Shown here one piece after another: positions 1 through 9,702 of a DNA stretch of 64,000 bases. How positions within the stretch are numbered: position 1 is the stretch's first letter; every line of letters starts with the position of its first letter. The stretch comes from Thermoplasmata archaeon (GTDB taxonomy: Archaea > Thermoplasmatota > E2 > JACPAO01 > JAHFTW01), in assembly GCA_034667725.1 (NCBI GenBank), contig JAXDQS010000003.1, forward strand, positions 32,001 through 96,000, in the 5' to 3' direction. The position numbers and the translations under genes are program-made. The notes beneath the pieces are model-generated. The model had not been told where the DNA came from, searched no databases, and saw only the letters and a list, made by a program, of their open reading frames with translations.

Positions 1-364
1 TCACGGCCTTGACCTCGACGCCGCGCCCGTGGCGTGCGGCCTCGAAGCGGCTGCCGTTGCCGTCGGCCTCGGCGCGCAGGATGCCGTCGGCGGCGCGCAC
101 GACGCGGACGCCGCCTTGCAGCCACAGCAGGTCGTCGGACTCCATCAGCCAGACCAGCTCGGCCAGGAAGGCGACGGCGAGGGCGGCGTGGTCGGGCGCC
201 TCGACGGCGAACGCCATGGGCCGGTCGGCCAGGCGGGCGTCGGGCGGGCGCCCTGTCAGCACTTCGGCCAGCCCGCGGGCGGCCTCGGCGAGGCAGGCGC
301 CGGCGGTGTCGGCGTCGGCCTCGATGGCAAGGTCGGCGGTGTGGTCGACGAGGCGGTAGCTCAT
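1..364 (-). CDS. Archease (tRNA ligase RtcB activator), 3' end truncated by window edge
   Basis: Absent from the ORF track because it runs off the edge. Reverse strand from ATG 364 reads MSYRLVDHTADLAIEA...GVEVKAV, matching the archease DHTAD and EVKAVT motifs. ATGA overlap with the upstream gene. Confidence 0.88.
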   Translation of the reverse strand, partial: MSYRLVDHTADLAIEADADTAGACLAEAARGLAEVLTGRPPDARLADRPMAFAVEAPDHAALAVAFLAELVWLMESDDLLWLQGGVRVVRAADGILRAEADGNGSRFEAARHGRGVEVKAV

Positions 365-1197
365 GGGGCGGCCCCCGGGTCGATGAGGACGACGGAGAGC
401 GCCACGAAGTCATAGACGAAGTGGGCGACGATGACGGTCCAGAGCGAGCCGCCGCGCACCACGATGGCGCCGAACAGGACGCCGAGGGCGCCGGGCAGGA
501 TGACCTGCAGGGGCGTGCCGTAGCCGAAGTGCGCCAGGCCGAACAGCAGCGACGACACGCCGACGGCGAGCACCTGGGCGCCGCGCAGCGACAGGCCACG
601 CCTGGCGCCGGCCTCCTCCAGGCGGCGAATCATCCAGCCGCGGAAGAACACCTCCTCGCCGACGGCGGCGGCGGTGGCCACGGCGACCACCAGCGGCCAG
701 GTCATGGCCTCGACCAGCTGGTCCTTGACGGGGTTGTCCTGGGAGACGCCGGACTTCTCCAACAGCAGGCCGATCGCGATGAAGGCGCCCAGGATGGCGG
801 CGCCCCAGGCGAGCCCCTTGAGGATGCCCTTGCCGGGGTCGGTGAGGCGGAAGTAGCGCAGCGTGCCCGCGACCGGGACCAGGCGGGTGCCGAGGCCCCA
901 GGCGAGCGGGATGGCGGCCATCAGCAGCAGCTGGGCGCCGGACTGGACGTAGAGCGCCTGGCGGAACGCACCGGCGTCCAGGTCGCCCTCCGGCGCCGGG
1001 CCGGCCAGGCCGGAGAGGATGACGAGGACGCCCAGCAGCGCGAGCAGGCCGACGTCGACGCCGAGCACGACGTCCCAGCCGCGCCCGCCCGGCGCCGGCT
1101 TGCGCGCCTCCGGCGGCAAGGCCGGCGTGGCGGGCGGCGGCCGGGGCGTGGCGGCGCGCCAGGCGCCGGTGGCGGGGTCGAACGGCAGGTCGCGCAT
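361..1197 (-). CDS. CPBP/Abi (type II CAAX) family intramembrane metalloprotease
   Basis: EEVFFRG, FGLAH and AHFVYD motifs; multiple TM helices. Confidence 0.88.
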   Translation of the reverse strand: MRDLPFDPATGAWRAATPRPPPATPALPPEARKPAPGGRGWDVVLGVDVGLLALLGVLVILSGLAGPAPEGDLDAGAFRQALYVQSGAQLLLMAAIPLAWGLGTRLVPVAGTLRYFRLTDPGKGILKGLAWGAAILGAFIAIGLLLEKSGVSQDNPVKDQLVEAMTWPLVVAVATAAAVGEEVFFRGWMIRRLEEAGARRGLSLRGAQVLAVGVSSLLFGLAHFGYGTPLQVILPGALGVLFGAIVVRGGSLWTVIVAHFVYDFVALSVVLIDPGAAP

Positions 1198-1206
1198 GGT
1201 GGCGCG

Positions 1207-1665
1207 TCAACCCCAGCGGTGGTAGGCGGGGTGGCCCTCGCGCACGGCCACGAAGGTGCCGTCGCAGGTCGCGGTGACCTTGCCGTCGCACAGCAGGTCG
1301 CAGTGGATGGTGGCGCGGTCGCCGTCGATGGAAACGGCCTTTGCTTCGAGGCGCAGGGGCTTGCCGGCGGGGGTGGGCCGGCGCAGCTTGACGTGGAAGT
1401 CGGCGGTCACGGTGCATTGGGGCTTGTCCCAGCCGTGGGCCTTCATGAGCGAGGTCGCGGCGCACCAGTTGCTGTGGCAGTCCAGCAGGGTGCCGAGGAT
1501 GCCGCCGTTGACGACGCCGGGGAACGCCTGGTGGTGCTCCTGGGGCGTGTACTCCATGACGTAGGCGTCGCCCTCCCAGCGGCTCTGGATGCGCAGGCCT
1601 TTGGGGTTGGCGGGCCCGCAGCCGAAGCAGATGGAGCCGGGCGCGAGGCGCTCTTGGTCGGACAC
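1207..1665 (-). CDS. PaaI-family hotdog thioesterase
   Basis: CFGCGPANPKGL N-terminus, GVVNGGILGTLLD motif; GTG start. Confidence 0.85.
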   Translation of the reverse strand: MSDQERLAPGSICFGCGPANPKGLRIQSRWEGDAYVMEYTPQEHHQAFPGVVNGGILGTLLDCHSNWCAATSLMKAHGWDKPQCTVTADFHVKLRRPTPAGKPLRLEAKAVSIDGDRATIHCDLLCDGKVTATCDGTFVAVREGHPAYHRWG

Positions 1666-1740
1666 AGGCCGCGCAACCGCCGCCCCGCCTTGACGGTTCC
1701 CTCAAAGCGCCAATGTGTTCAAGTAGCCGCAAACCAGGTG

Positions 1741-3333
1741 ATGGGCGTGGCCTCCCGCTGGGCCGTGCTGGCAATGGCCGTCCCCCTGCTGCTGCTGGCA
1801 GGCTGCACGGGCACGCAGCCCTACACGGACCTGCCCCAGACGCCGGCGGTCTACGAGCCGCCGGAGCCGAAGCCCTACGTCGCCGCCGCCGACGCCGGCG
1901 GCCCGCCCTTGCCCGTGCTGGTGCTGCCGGGCTTCAACGAGAACCGGCCGTCGTCGCCCGCCGCGCCGCCGCCGGTGGCCGTCGAGGCGCCCCGCCTCCG
2001 GCCCGGCAGCCAGTTCCTGTTCGAGACCATCACCGAGTCCAGCAGCGAGGCGGACCTCGGCGGCCTCCCGGTGCGCGCCAACGCCACCCATGGCCTCCGG
2101 ATGCTCGCCACCGGGCTGACGCTGGAGGACCGGCCGGTGGTGCTGGCCGCCCGCCTCGGCCACTTCGGCCGCGGGCTCACCGTCACGGGCGCCACCACCC
2201 TCGACCCGGCCACCTTGGCCCAGCGCGACCTCGCGGACCTGGCGTGGCTCAACGACTGCCAGGAGAAGCCCGAACGCTGCCCCACCGACCTGAAGGTGGG
2301 CCTGCCGGGCAACATGACGGAGCGGCCGAAGGTGCCGTTCCCGCTCCGGGTCGGCAAGGAGTGGACCGACGTCGCGTTCCACGAGGAGGCCGTCGGCTCC
2401 TGGGCCTGCCGCGTCGAGGCCATCAACACCACCATGCTGCTGGGTGCCCTGGACGTCGCCGTCTGGCTGGCGTGCGACGCCATCTTCCCGCTCAATCAGG
2501 AGGAGGGCAGCACCTTCCAGACCGGCGCCGCGACGATGCGTTGGCGGGCGGTCTACAGCGACGCGCTCGGCATCCTGGTGGCCGAGGCGCGCACCGAGGA
2601 GGTGCGGCTCCATGTCGAGGACCTGGAGGGCGTGCGCGACCTCGCCAGCATGTCGAACCGCACGGTCCACGTCATCGACGCGACCCTTGCCGACGAGCCC
2701 GAGCCGGACATGGTCGAGCTCTACACCCTCCTCAACCGCACCGGCCGCTCCCTCCGGACCAGCCTGTCGCCGTACGGGGACTTCCGCTACAATGCCCACG
2801 TCTTCACCGAGGAGCTGCCCAACAGCACCATCGCGTGGTCGCTGCGGGACGGCGCCGGCAAGGTGTGGCAGCAGGGCCAAGGCAAGGCGTTCAACGTCAG
2901 CCTGGAGCCCGGCAGCTACCTGCTCCGGGTCGAGGCCGTCCACCACGGCAAGGTCCTCATGTTCCAGGAGCGGCCGCTGCTGCGCCACCTGTTCGTCGAG
3001 GGCGAGAAAACCTGCAGCACCGTGGTGGTCGTGCTGCCCACCGGCGCCAACGGCTCCTGCCCCAAGCACCAGTTCGAGGTCCGCGGCGGCGTGTCGTTCC
3101 TCTACGTCTGGGTCGCGGGCTACGGCAACGGGGAGGGCACGTTCGCCATCCTGGACCCGCGCAACGTCACCCAAGGCACGTCGGACTGGGGATGGGGCCT
3201 GTTCTGGCTGGAGCCGCTGGACGCCGCCGGCACCTGGACCCTGGAGCCGCGCCCTGAGGTGATGCACGACGGCAGCTACCAGTTCGAGGTCGTCGCCATC
3301 TATGAGCCCCTGAAGCCTCAGCAGCCTGGATGA
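1741..3333 (+). CDS. Hypothetical secreted lipoprotein
   Basis: 3' part of ORF 34..3333. Lipobox-like LLLAGC after a hydrophobic leader; TTCAAG TATA-like box at 1718-1723. Start uncertain (1741 or 1774). Confidence 0.7.
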   Translation: MGVASRWAVLAMAVPLLLLAGCTGTQPYTDLPQTPAVYEPPEPKPYVAAADAGGPPLPVLVLPGFNENRPSSPAAPPPVAVEAPRLRPGSQFLFETITESSSEADLGGLPVRANATHGLRMLATGLTLEDRPVVLAARLGHFGRGLTVTGATTLDPATLAQRDLADLAWLNDCQEKPERCPTDLKVGLPGNMTERPKVPFPLRVGKEWTDVAFHEEAVGSWACRVEAINTTMLLGALDVAVWLACDAIFPLNQEEGSTFQTGAATMRWRAVYSDALGILVAEARTEEVRLHVEDLEGVRDLASMSNRTVHVIDATLADEPEPDMVELYTLLNRTGRSLRTSLSPYGDFRYNAHVFTEELPNSTIAWSLRDGAGKVWQQGQGKAFNVSLEPGSYLLRVEAVHHGKVLMFQERPLLRHLFVEGEKTCSTVVVVLPTGANGSCPKHQFEVRGGVSFLYVWVAGYGNGEGTFAILDPRNVTQGTSDWGWGLFWLEPLDAAGTWTLEPRPEVMHDGSYQFEVVAIYEPLKPQQPG

Positions 3334-4325
3334 AGGGCCTGCTGCCGTGGTACGACGCCCACGCCCGCGACCTGCCCTGGCGCCGCAGCCGCGACCCCTA
3401 CGCCATCTGGGTGTCCGAGGTCATGCTCCAGCAGACCCGCGTCGAGGCGGTTCTGCCCTACTACGCCCGCTGGATGGCCCGCTTCCCTACCGTCCACGCC
3501 CTCGCCCAGGCCGACCTGGAGGAGGTGCTGCGCCTCTGGAGCGGCCTCGGCTACTACCGCCGCGCCCGCCACTTGCACGCGGCCGCCAGGCAGGCGGCCC
3601 GCGACGGCCTGCCCGCCGACGAGCACGGCTGGCGCCAGATGCCCGGCATCGGCCCGTACGCCGCCGGCGCCATCGCCTCGATCGCGCACGGCGAGCGCGT
3701 CCCCGCCGTGGACGGCAACGTGGTGCGCGTCGCCACCCGCGTCCTCGGCCCGCCGGAGGCCAGCCTGGCGCGGGTGCGCGAGGCCGCGGCCGCGTGGGTC
3801 GATCCCGCCCGCCCCGGCGACTGGAACCAGGCCCTGATGGACCTGGGCGCCACCGTCTGCACGCCGCGCGCGCCGCGCTGCGGCGAGTGCCCGGTCGCCG
3901 GCGCCTGCGCCACGCGCCAGGCCGGCCTCGACCCCGCCGGCATCCCCGCCCCGCGCAAGCGGGCGGCGGTGCGCGACGAGGCGCTGCACTTCGCCGTCGT
4001 CCGGCGCGGCGACGACATCCTCCTGGTCGAAGGCACCGGCACGCTGCTGGAAGGCCTCTGGCGCCTCCCGGGCGGGCCGCGCGCCGAGCCGCTGGCGCGG
4101 CTGGTGCGCGAGCAGGCCGGGGTGGCCGTGCGCTGGCAGGGCGAGCCCGCCGAGGTGCGGCACGAGTTCACGCACCGGCGCTGGCGCATGGAGGTGCGCG
4201 CCGGCACCGCCCGCGACGACACCATGGCGCTGGCGCCAGGGGCCCGCTGGGTGCCCCGCGCCGAGCTGCCCGGGGCCCCGCTCTCGACCGCGATGCGCAA
4301 GGCCATCGCCGCGCAGGGGCTATGA
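3330..4325 (+). CDS. mutY: A/G-specific adenine DNA glycosylase
   Basis: WVSEVMLQQT, WSGLGYY, HhH PGIGPY, VDGNV, Fe-S motif CTPRAPRCGECPVAGAC, C-terminal NUDIX-like domain. Confidence 0.95.
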   Translation: MKGLLPWYDAHARDLPWRRSRDPYAIWVSEVMLQQTRVEAVLPYYARWMARFPTVHALAQADLEEVLRLWSGLGYYRRARHLHAAARQAARDGLPADEHGWRQMPGIGPYAAGAIASIAHGERVPAVDGNVVRVATRVLGPPEASLARVREAAAAWVDPARPGDWNQALMDLGATVCTPRAPRCGECPVAGACATRQAGLDPAGIPAPRKRAAVRDEALHFAVVRRGDDILLVEGTGTLLEGLWRLPGGPRAEPLARLVREQAGVAVRWQGEPAEVRHEFTHRRWRMEVRAGTARDDTMALAPGARWVPRAELPGAPLSTAMRKAIAAQGL

Positions 4326-5248
4326 GGCGGCAGGGCTCGGGCGGGCGCGTGCGCGGCGCGCCGCTGCTGGTCCTCCTGCTGCTGGCGGCGTCGGCCGCGC
4401 CGGCCAGCGGGCAGGCGGTCGTGCTCATCCACCACAGCCGCGACGACGTCGACCCGTTCGGCGTGGCGCTGCGGCAGGGCGACTCGTTCTCGGCGCGCTA
4501 CGCCCACGTCGCGGCCGGCGCCGGCCGGTTCGACTACCCGACCTTCGTGGCGGACGGCCTGAACCCGATCGTGGCGCTGCCCGTGCCCGCGCAGCCCTAC
4601 GCCGGGACCTTGGACGCCTACGCCGCCGGGTTCGCCGCGCGCGCCGCCGCCCCCGCCGGCGCCACGCTTGCCGTGCAGGCGATCCCCGACGGCAAGGAGG
4701 TCCGCGTCGAGGTGGGCGTCGCGCCGGGCCAAGGCCTGGAGCCGGTGCGGCTCTGGGTCGCCATCACAGAGGACCATGTGCGCTACATCGCGGACAGCGC
4801 CATCTCGAACGGCGTCGAGGACCATCGCTTCACGGTGCGCGCCATCGTCGACGGCGGCCTGGTCGAGGGCCCCGCCAACCGCACCTTCCGCCTCCTCGCC
4901 GGCGACTGGGACCCGGATTTCGTGTCGGCCGCGGCGTGGCTGCAGGCCGAGCCCAACGCCGTCCGCCTCGCGCCCCACGAAGCGGTGCAGGCCGCGTCCG
5001 CCAAGCTGGGGGCGCCCGCCACCGTCCAGGCCAGCAAGGCCGTGCTGCTGGAGCTCTACTCCGCGACCTGGTGCGACCCGTGCCTCTACGGCGACCTCGC
5101 GATGGAGGAGCTGGCCGTCCGCCACGCCGGCGCCAGCAAGGAGGCGCCGCCCGCCAAGGGCTACTACCGTGCCCCCGACAGCGTGCTGGTGTTCGCCGTC
5201 GCGGCCGTCGGCGGCCTCGCGTTCGCGCTCGTGGGGAGGCGGCGCTGA
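4322..5248 (+). CDS. Secreted, C-terminally anchored Omp28/DUF1223-like thioredoxin-fold protein (permuted domain order)
   Basis: Signal peptide; DPF...YPTFVADG; LWVAITED...NG..DH.F.VR Ig-like part; VLLELYSATWCDPC near the C-terminus; TM helix + RRR. ATGA overlap with mutY. Confidence 0.75.
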   Translation: MRRQGSGGRVRGAPLLVLLLLAASAAPASGQAVVLIHHSRDDVDPFGVALRQGDSFSARYAHVAAGAGRFDYPTFVADGLNPIVALPVPAQPYAGTLDAYAAGFAARAAAPAGATLAVQAIPDGKEVRVEVGVAPGQGLEPVRLWVAITEDHVRYIADSAISNGVEDHRFTVRAIVDGGLVEGPANRTFRLLAGDWDPDFVSAAAWLQAEPNAVRLAPHEAVQAASAKLGAPATVQASKAVLLELYSATWCDPCLYGDLAMEELAVRHAGASKEAPPAKGYYRAPDSVLVFAVAAVGGLAFALVGRRR

Positions 5249-7755
5249 TGGCGCCGGTGCTCGGCGACGCGCTGCTCTGGCTCGGCGTCGCCCTCGGCGC
5301 CGTGGCCGTGGCCGCGTGGGCCTGGGCCGCGCGCGACCCGGCGCGGGGACGGCTCGCGCGCGCCGCGAGCCTCGCCGCCGCCGCGCCGCCCGTGGTCGCG
5401 CTGCTCTACCTCGTGGGCCGGTTCCTCGCGTCGGACCTCACGGTGGAGGCCGTGTTCTACTACAGCCGCTCCGACCTGGCGTGGCAGTGGAAGCTCGCGG
5501 GCACGTGGGCCGGCCGCGAGGGCTCGCTCCTGCTCTGGACCGCGATGCTTGCGGCCGTGTGCGCGCTGGTGGCGCGGCCGCTCGACAAGGCCAAGGCATG
5601 GACGATGCTGATGCTGCACCTCGCGCTCCTGGCGTTCCTGTGGTCGGCGGCGCAAGGCTCGCCGTTCGGGGCGACGCCGCCGTCCTACCTTGCCGGCCGG
5701 CCGCTGGGCAACGGCCTCAACCCGACCCTGAAGTCGCCGTTCATCCTCATCCACCCGCCCATCATGTTCGCGGCCTACGCGGCCACCGCCGTCCCCGCCG
5801 CCGCGGCGTTCGCGCACTGGGTCGCGGGCGAAGGCGGAGGCGTGGGCAAGTGGAGCCGCGACGCGCTGCGCTCCTCGCGCGTTGCGTGGCTGCTGTTCAC
5901 CGCCGCCATCGGGCTCGGCGCGATGTGGGCCTACTACACCCTCGGCTTCGGCGGCTACTGGGCCTGGGACCCTGTCGAGGTCGCGAACCTGCTGCCCTGG
6001 CTTGCGCTCACGCTCTACCTGCACACGCAGCTCCACCACCTCCGCCATGGCGCCTACGCCCTCCTGGGACCCGCGCTGGCCGTGCTGCCGTTCCTGCTGT
6101 CCCTGTTCTCCACCATCTCGACCCGCAGCGGCCTCTGGGTGTCCGTGCACGCCTTCACGGACCCGACGGACACCTTCGACCCCGACGCCGCCACCCGCTT
6201 CCTCGACATCCTCCGCCTGGAGCCGAGCCTGCGCGACCACGTCGGCCTGTTCGGCGCCGTGCTCCTGGCCGGCCTCGCGCTGTGGAGCCGCAGCCTCGCC
6301 GCCGCCACCGGCCGGATGCGCCTTGCCAGCCGCGCCGTCGCGGGCATCCTTGGCACGCTCGCCGTGCTGTTCTTCCTCGCCCCGACCACGGCGCTCTCCG
6401 TGCTGCTGGAGGCCTCCACGTTCGCGGGCGGCGCCGGCTACGGCTTCCTCGTCGTGGTGGCCGCGCTGTTCGTCGCCGCCGCGCTGCCCGCGCTGCTGGC
6501 GCCCGCGCCGCCCAAGGAGCCGCGCCACGGCCTCGCCCGCGTCAACCTGCGGAGCCTCAACGGCTACGCCGTGCTGGCCCTCGGCCTCGCGCTCCTGGTG
6601 CTGTTCCTGTTCCACATGGCCGCGACCGGCGGCTGGAGCACGGCGTTCTACGAGGCCCGCTTCCCCTATCTCACCGCCCCGATCGCGCTCGGCCTCCTCG
6701 TGTTCCAAGGCCACCAAATCTACGGCCGCAAGCGCTCCATCGTGCTGGCGGCGCTCGCGTTCGTCGCGGCCCTCGTGTGCGAAGCCGTCCGCCCCAATGG
6801 CGGCGGCACCTTCCTCCTCGCCCTCGCCGCCATCCTGGTCTACGTCAGCCTCGACCGCGTCCGCCGCGCCGCCCCAGCACCCGGCACCCCGCGCCGCGTC
6901 CGCCGCGGCCACCTGCTCCTCTGGCTCGGCGCGCTGGTGGACCTGCTGTTCTGGCTCAACCCGCCCACCGTCCGCCTCGGCCCGCTCGCCTTCGAGGTGC
7001 CGCTCGCCCTCCAAGCCGTCGGCCTGGCCGCCGCCGTCGTGCTGCTCTGGCTCACCACCCGCCAGATGGCCGGCGCGCCCGGCCCCGCCGCCCCGCTCGC
7101 CCTCGGCGTCGCCATGCTCGGCGGCTTCTACGTCGCCCCCGTCCTCGCCCTCCTCGGCCTCGCGCTCGCCCGCGGCCACCGCCCCGCCGGCGACCCCAAC
7201 CGCGCCGCCCGCCTCAAGCAGGTCGGCCTCTACGGCGTCCACCTCGCCCTCGCCGTGGCGCTCCTCGGCTACGCCCCGAGCACCTACCAGAAGGAGACGG
7301 TGAAGGGCACGCTCGCCGACGGACAGACCCTCGAGCTGGCCGGCCACACGCTGCGCCTCGACGCGGTGCGCACGCACGCGGACGGCGCCGGCGTCGTCGA
7401 CCAGCTGGAGGTGGTCGTGGACGCCGGGCAGGCGCCAGGCCGGCTGGCCGCCGAGGTGCGGTACGAGGAGACCGCCGGCGCGCACTTCCCCACGCCCGCC
7501 GCGTTGCGGCTGTGGGACGGCGACCTCTACCTCGAGGTGGAGGCCGTCCAGGCCGCGCCGGGCTCGCCGTGCGCCCGCGACGGCGCGGCGTATTGGGTCG
7601 AAAGCTACCAAGGCGGCCCGCGCCTGTGCGAAGGCCACCCCGTGCAGGCGGTGCGCGTCGAGGCCGTGCACCTGCCCTGGCTTGGGCTGGTCTGGCTCGC
7701 GCTGGCGCTGGGCGTGCTGGCGATGGTGCTGGTGATGGGCGGAAAACGCCCCTGA
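5248..7755 (+). CDS. ccmF: Cytochrome c biogenesis heme lyase CcmF/CcsA family
   Basis: WAGREGSLLLW, GNGLNPTL, IHPP, GGYWAWDPVE (WWD domain), RSG..SVHAF. TGATG overlap with the upstream gene. Confidence 0.88.
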   Translation: MAPVLGDALLWLGVALGAVAVAAWAWAARDPARGRLARAASLAAAAPPVVALLYLVGRFLASDLTVEAVFYYSRSDLAWQWKLAGTWAGREGSLLLWTAMLAAVCALVARPLDKAKAWTMLMLHLALLAFLWSAAQGSPFGATPPSYLAGRPLGNGLNPTLKSPFILIHPPIMFAAYAATAVPAAAAFAHWVAGEGGGVGKWSRDALRSSRVAWLLFTAAIGLGAMWAYYTLGFGGYWAWDPVEVANLLPWLALTLYLHTQLHHLRHGAYALLGPALAVLPFLLSLFSTISTRSGLWVSVHAFTDPTDTFDPDAATRFLDILRLEPSLRDHVGLFGAVLLAGLALWSRSLAAATGRMRLASRAVAGILGTLAVLFFLAPTTALSVLLEASTFAGGAGYGFLVVVAALFVAAALPALLAPAPPKEPRHGLARVNLRSLNGYAVLALGLALLVLFLFHMAATGGWSTAFYEARFPYLTAPIALGLLVFQGHQIYGRKRSIVLAALAFVAALVCEAVRPNGGGTFLLALAAILVYVSLDRVRRAAPAPGTPRRVRRGHLLLWLGALVDLLFWLNPPTVRLGPLAFEVPLALQAVGLAAAVVLLWLTTRQMAGAPGPAAPLALGVAMLGGFYVAPVLALLGLALARGHRPAGDPNRAARLKQVGLYGVHLALAVALLGYAPSTYQKETVKGTLADGQTLELAGHTLRLDAVRTHADGAGVVDQLEVVVDAGQAPGRLAAEVRYEETAGAHFPTPAALRLWDGDLYLEVEAVQAAPGSPCARDGAAYWVESYQGGPRLCEGHPVQAVRVEAVHLPWLGLVWLALALGVLAMVLVMGGKRP

Positions 7756-7801
7756 CGATCCACCGACAAGACTTTTCCCGCCGCTCCCCCACCCCGCCGC
7801 G

Positions 7802-8365
7802 ATGAGGGCGGTTGCGGTGCTGCTCCTGCTGCTTGCGGTCCCGTCCGCGTCCGCGTGGCCGGAGTCTGCCGCTCCCGGACTCCGCCCTGACGTCGTCGCG
7901 GCCTGGCACGCCCCCGCCGAGGTCCAGCCGCACACCCAGTGGCAGGCGTTCCTCCAACTGGCGCCGGGCAGCAACATCACGGCCGTGCAGTACCAGGTGT
8001 GCCGCGTCGGCGAGCCGGCGTGCTTCGCGCCGCCGCACCCGGCCGCCCGCCTGGCCAACGGCACGTGGACGTTCGACACCAAGGACTACCGTGCCGCCGG
8101 CCAGCCGATCGACTACCAGCCCGGCTGGCGGCTGGGCGTGAAGTGGCTGCTGCGGGAGGCCGACGCCACGGAATTGGTGGCGTTCCCGGCCGGCACGCCC
8201 CTTGCCGACGCGGCGTGCCGGGGCGACGGCGCGGTCGCGTGCCTGGAGACGCATTACCTCGCGTTCCAGGTCGCGGGGTCGCCGGCGTCGAGCCCGGCCG
8301 CGTCCGCCGCCGCGCTGCTGTTGGTGCTCGCCGCCGCGGGGGTGCGCCGTGGCCGACCTGCGTAG
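7802..8365 (+). CDS. Hypothetical secreted protein with C-terminal TM anchor
   Basis: Signal peptide ending ASA; four Cys; C-terminal SP-hydrophobic-RR tail. Confidence 0.7.
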   Translation: MRAVAVLLLLLAVPSASAWPESAAPGLRPDVVAAWHAPAEVQPHTQWQAFLQLAPGSNITAVQYQVCRVGEPACFAPPHPAARLANGTWTFDTKDYRAAGQPIDYQPGWRLGVKWLLREADATELVAFPAGTPLADAACRGDGAVACLETHYLAFQVAGSPASSPAASAAALLLVLAAAGVRRGRPA

Positions 8366-9599
8366 CCCCTCCAGCACCGCCGGGATGTGGATCGTTGTCC
8401 TGCTGGCCATGGGCCTGTTCGCGGGGGCCGCGGCCTGGTCGAGCCTGCACGCCGACACGCCGGCGCCGCCGTTCACGCTCACCAGCACGGGGTTCGAGGA
8501 CGGCGTCCGCGGCGAGCCCGTCGCGTTCGCGCTCTCCGACTACGCCGGCCGGACCGTGGTCCTCGACTTCATGGCCGTCGCCTGCACCGCGTGCCAGTAC
8601 GTCACCGAGGACGTCCTCAAGCCATTGTGGGACCGCCACGCCGACGACCCGCGCTTCGCCATCCTCAGCATCGACACCTGGGCGGACCCGGGCACCGGCT
8701 CGTTCGGCGGCGAGACCAACGAGACCCTGCGCGCCCTGCAGCAACGCACTGGCGTCCCGTGGCGCCACGCCCTCGACACCGACCAGGTCTGGCAGAAGTA
8801 CGGCGCCGTGACGCTGCCCCGCCTCGCCGTCGTGTCCGGCGATGGCCGCATCGTCCACGACACGGGCATCCCCACCCTCGCGGGCGCCGAGGCCGCCGTC
8901 CAGGCCAGCCTTGCCGGCGAGGCCGCCAGCGTCCCGATCCTGCGCGTCGGCCTCACCGGGCTGGCCGCACTCGCCGGCGGCGCCTCGGTGTTCACGCCGT
9001 GCAGCGCCGGCCTGCTGCCCGCCTACCTCGGGATGCTGCTCGGCGACGCCGCCGCCCAGCCCGCGCCGGCCCGCTTGCGCCGGGCCGCCCGCGGCGGCCT
9101 GGGCGCGGCGGCCGGCATCGTGGCCGTGTACGCGGCGCTGGCCTTGCTGTTCTGGGCGGCCGGGCCGCTGATGCAGCGCGCGGTGCCGTGGCTTGGCCCC
9201 GCCGCGGCCTTGGGGGTCGCCGTCGCGGGCGCGCTCGCGGTGCTCGGCCGCGGCCTGCCGTGGCTGGGCCGCCTGGGCGGGGCGGTCGGCGGCACGCGCG
9301 GCTTCTTCCTGTTCGGCCTGGCGTTCGCATTGGTGGGCTTCGGCTGCACCGCGCCCCTGTTCCTGCCCATCCTGCTCGCTGGGTTCCTGGAAGGCCCCGC
9401 CGTCGGCGCGCTCGCGTTCCTGGCCTACGCCGCCACCGTGGCCGCCGCCGTGCTCCTGATGGCCGTCCTCGCGGGGCAGGGCTCGCAAGGCCCTGTGCGC
9501 CGGCTGCTGGCGTGGACGCGGCGCGTGCAGGCCGTCGCCGGCTGGGTGATGCTTGCGGCCGGCGTGTACCTGCTCGCCTACTTCCTCGGCCGTCCCTGA
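8349..9599 (+). CDS. TlpA/redoxin thioredoxin fused to CcdA/DsbD-type membrane electron transporter
   Basis: VVLDFMAVACTAC (CxxC) and cis-Pro TLPR; TM domain with TPCSAG and FGCTAP Cys pair. Start 8349 (GTG) or 8385 (ATG). Confidence 0.85.
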   Translation: MADLRSPSSTAGMWIVVLLAMGLFAGAAAWSSLHADTPAPPFTLTSTGFEDGVRGEPVAFALSDYAGRTVVLDFMAVACTACQYVTEDVLKPLWDRHADDPRFAILSIDTWADPGTGSFGGETNETLRALQQRTGVPWRHALDTDQVWQKYGAVTLPRLAVVSGDGRIVHDTGIPTLAGAEAAVQASLAGEAASVPILRVGLTGLAALAGGASVFTPCSAGLLPAYLGMLLGDAAAQPAPARLRRAARGGLGAAAGIVAVYAALALLFWAAGPLMQRAVPWLGPAAALGVAVAGALAVLGRGLPWLGRLGGAVGGTRGFFLFGLAFALVGFGCTAPLFLPILLAGFLEGPAVGALAFLAYAATVAAAVLLMAVLAGQGSQGPVRRLLAWTRRVQAVAGWVMLAAGVYLLAYFLGRP

Positions 9600-9702
9600 G
9601 GAATCCGCAGGGCGCCTGCGTTCGGCGGAGCGGTCCTCCGGCACAATGTTCAAGTCTGGACCGTGGCGTCCGCAGGCGCCCTCGCGGGCACGGTGGTCGT
9701 CG

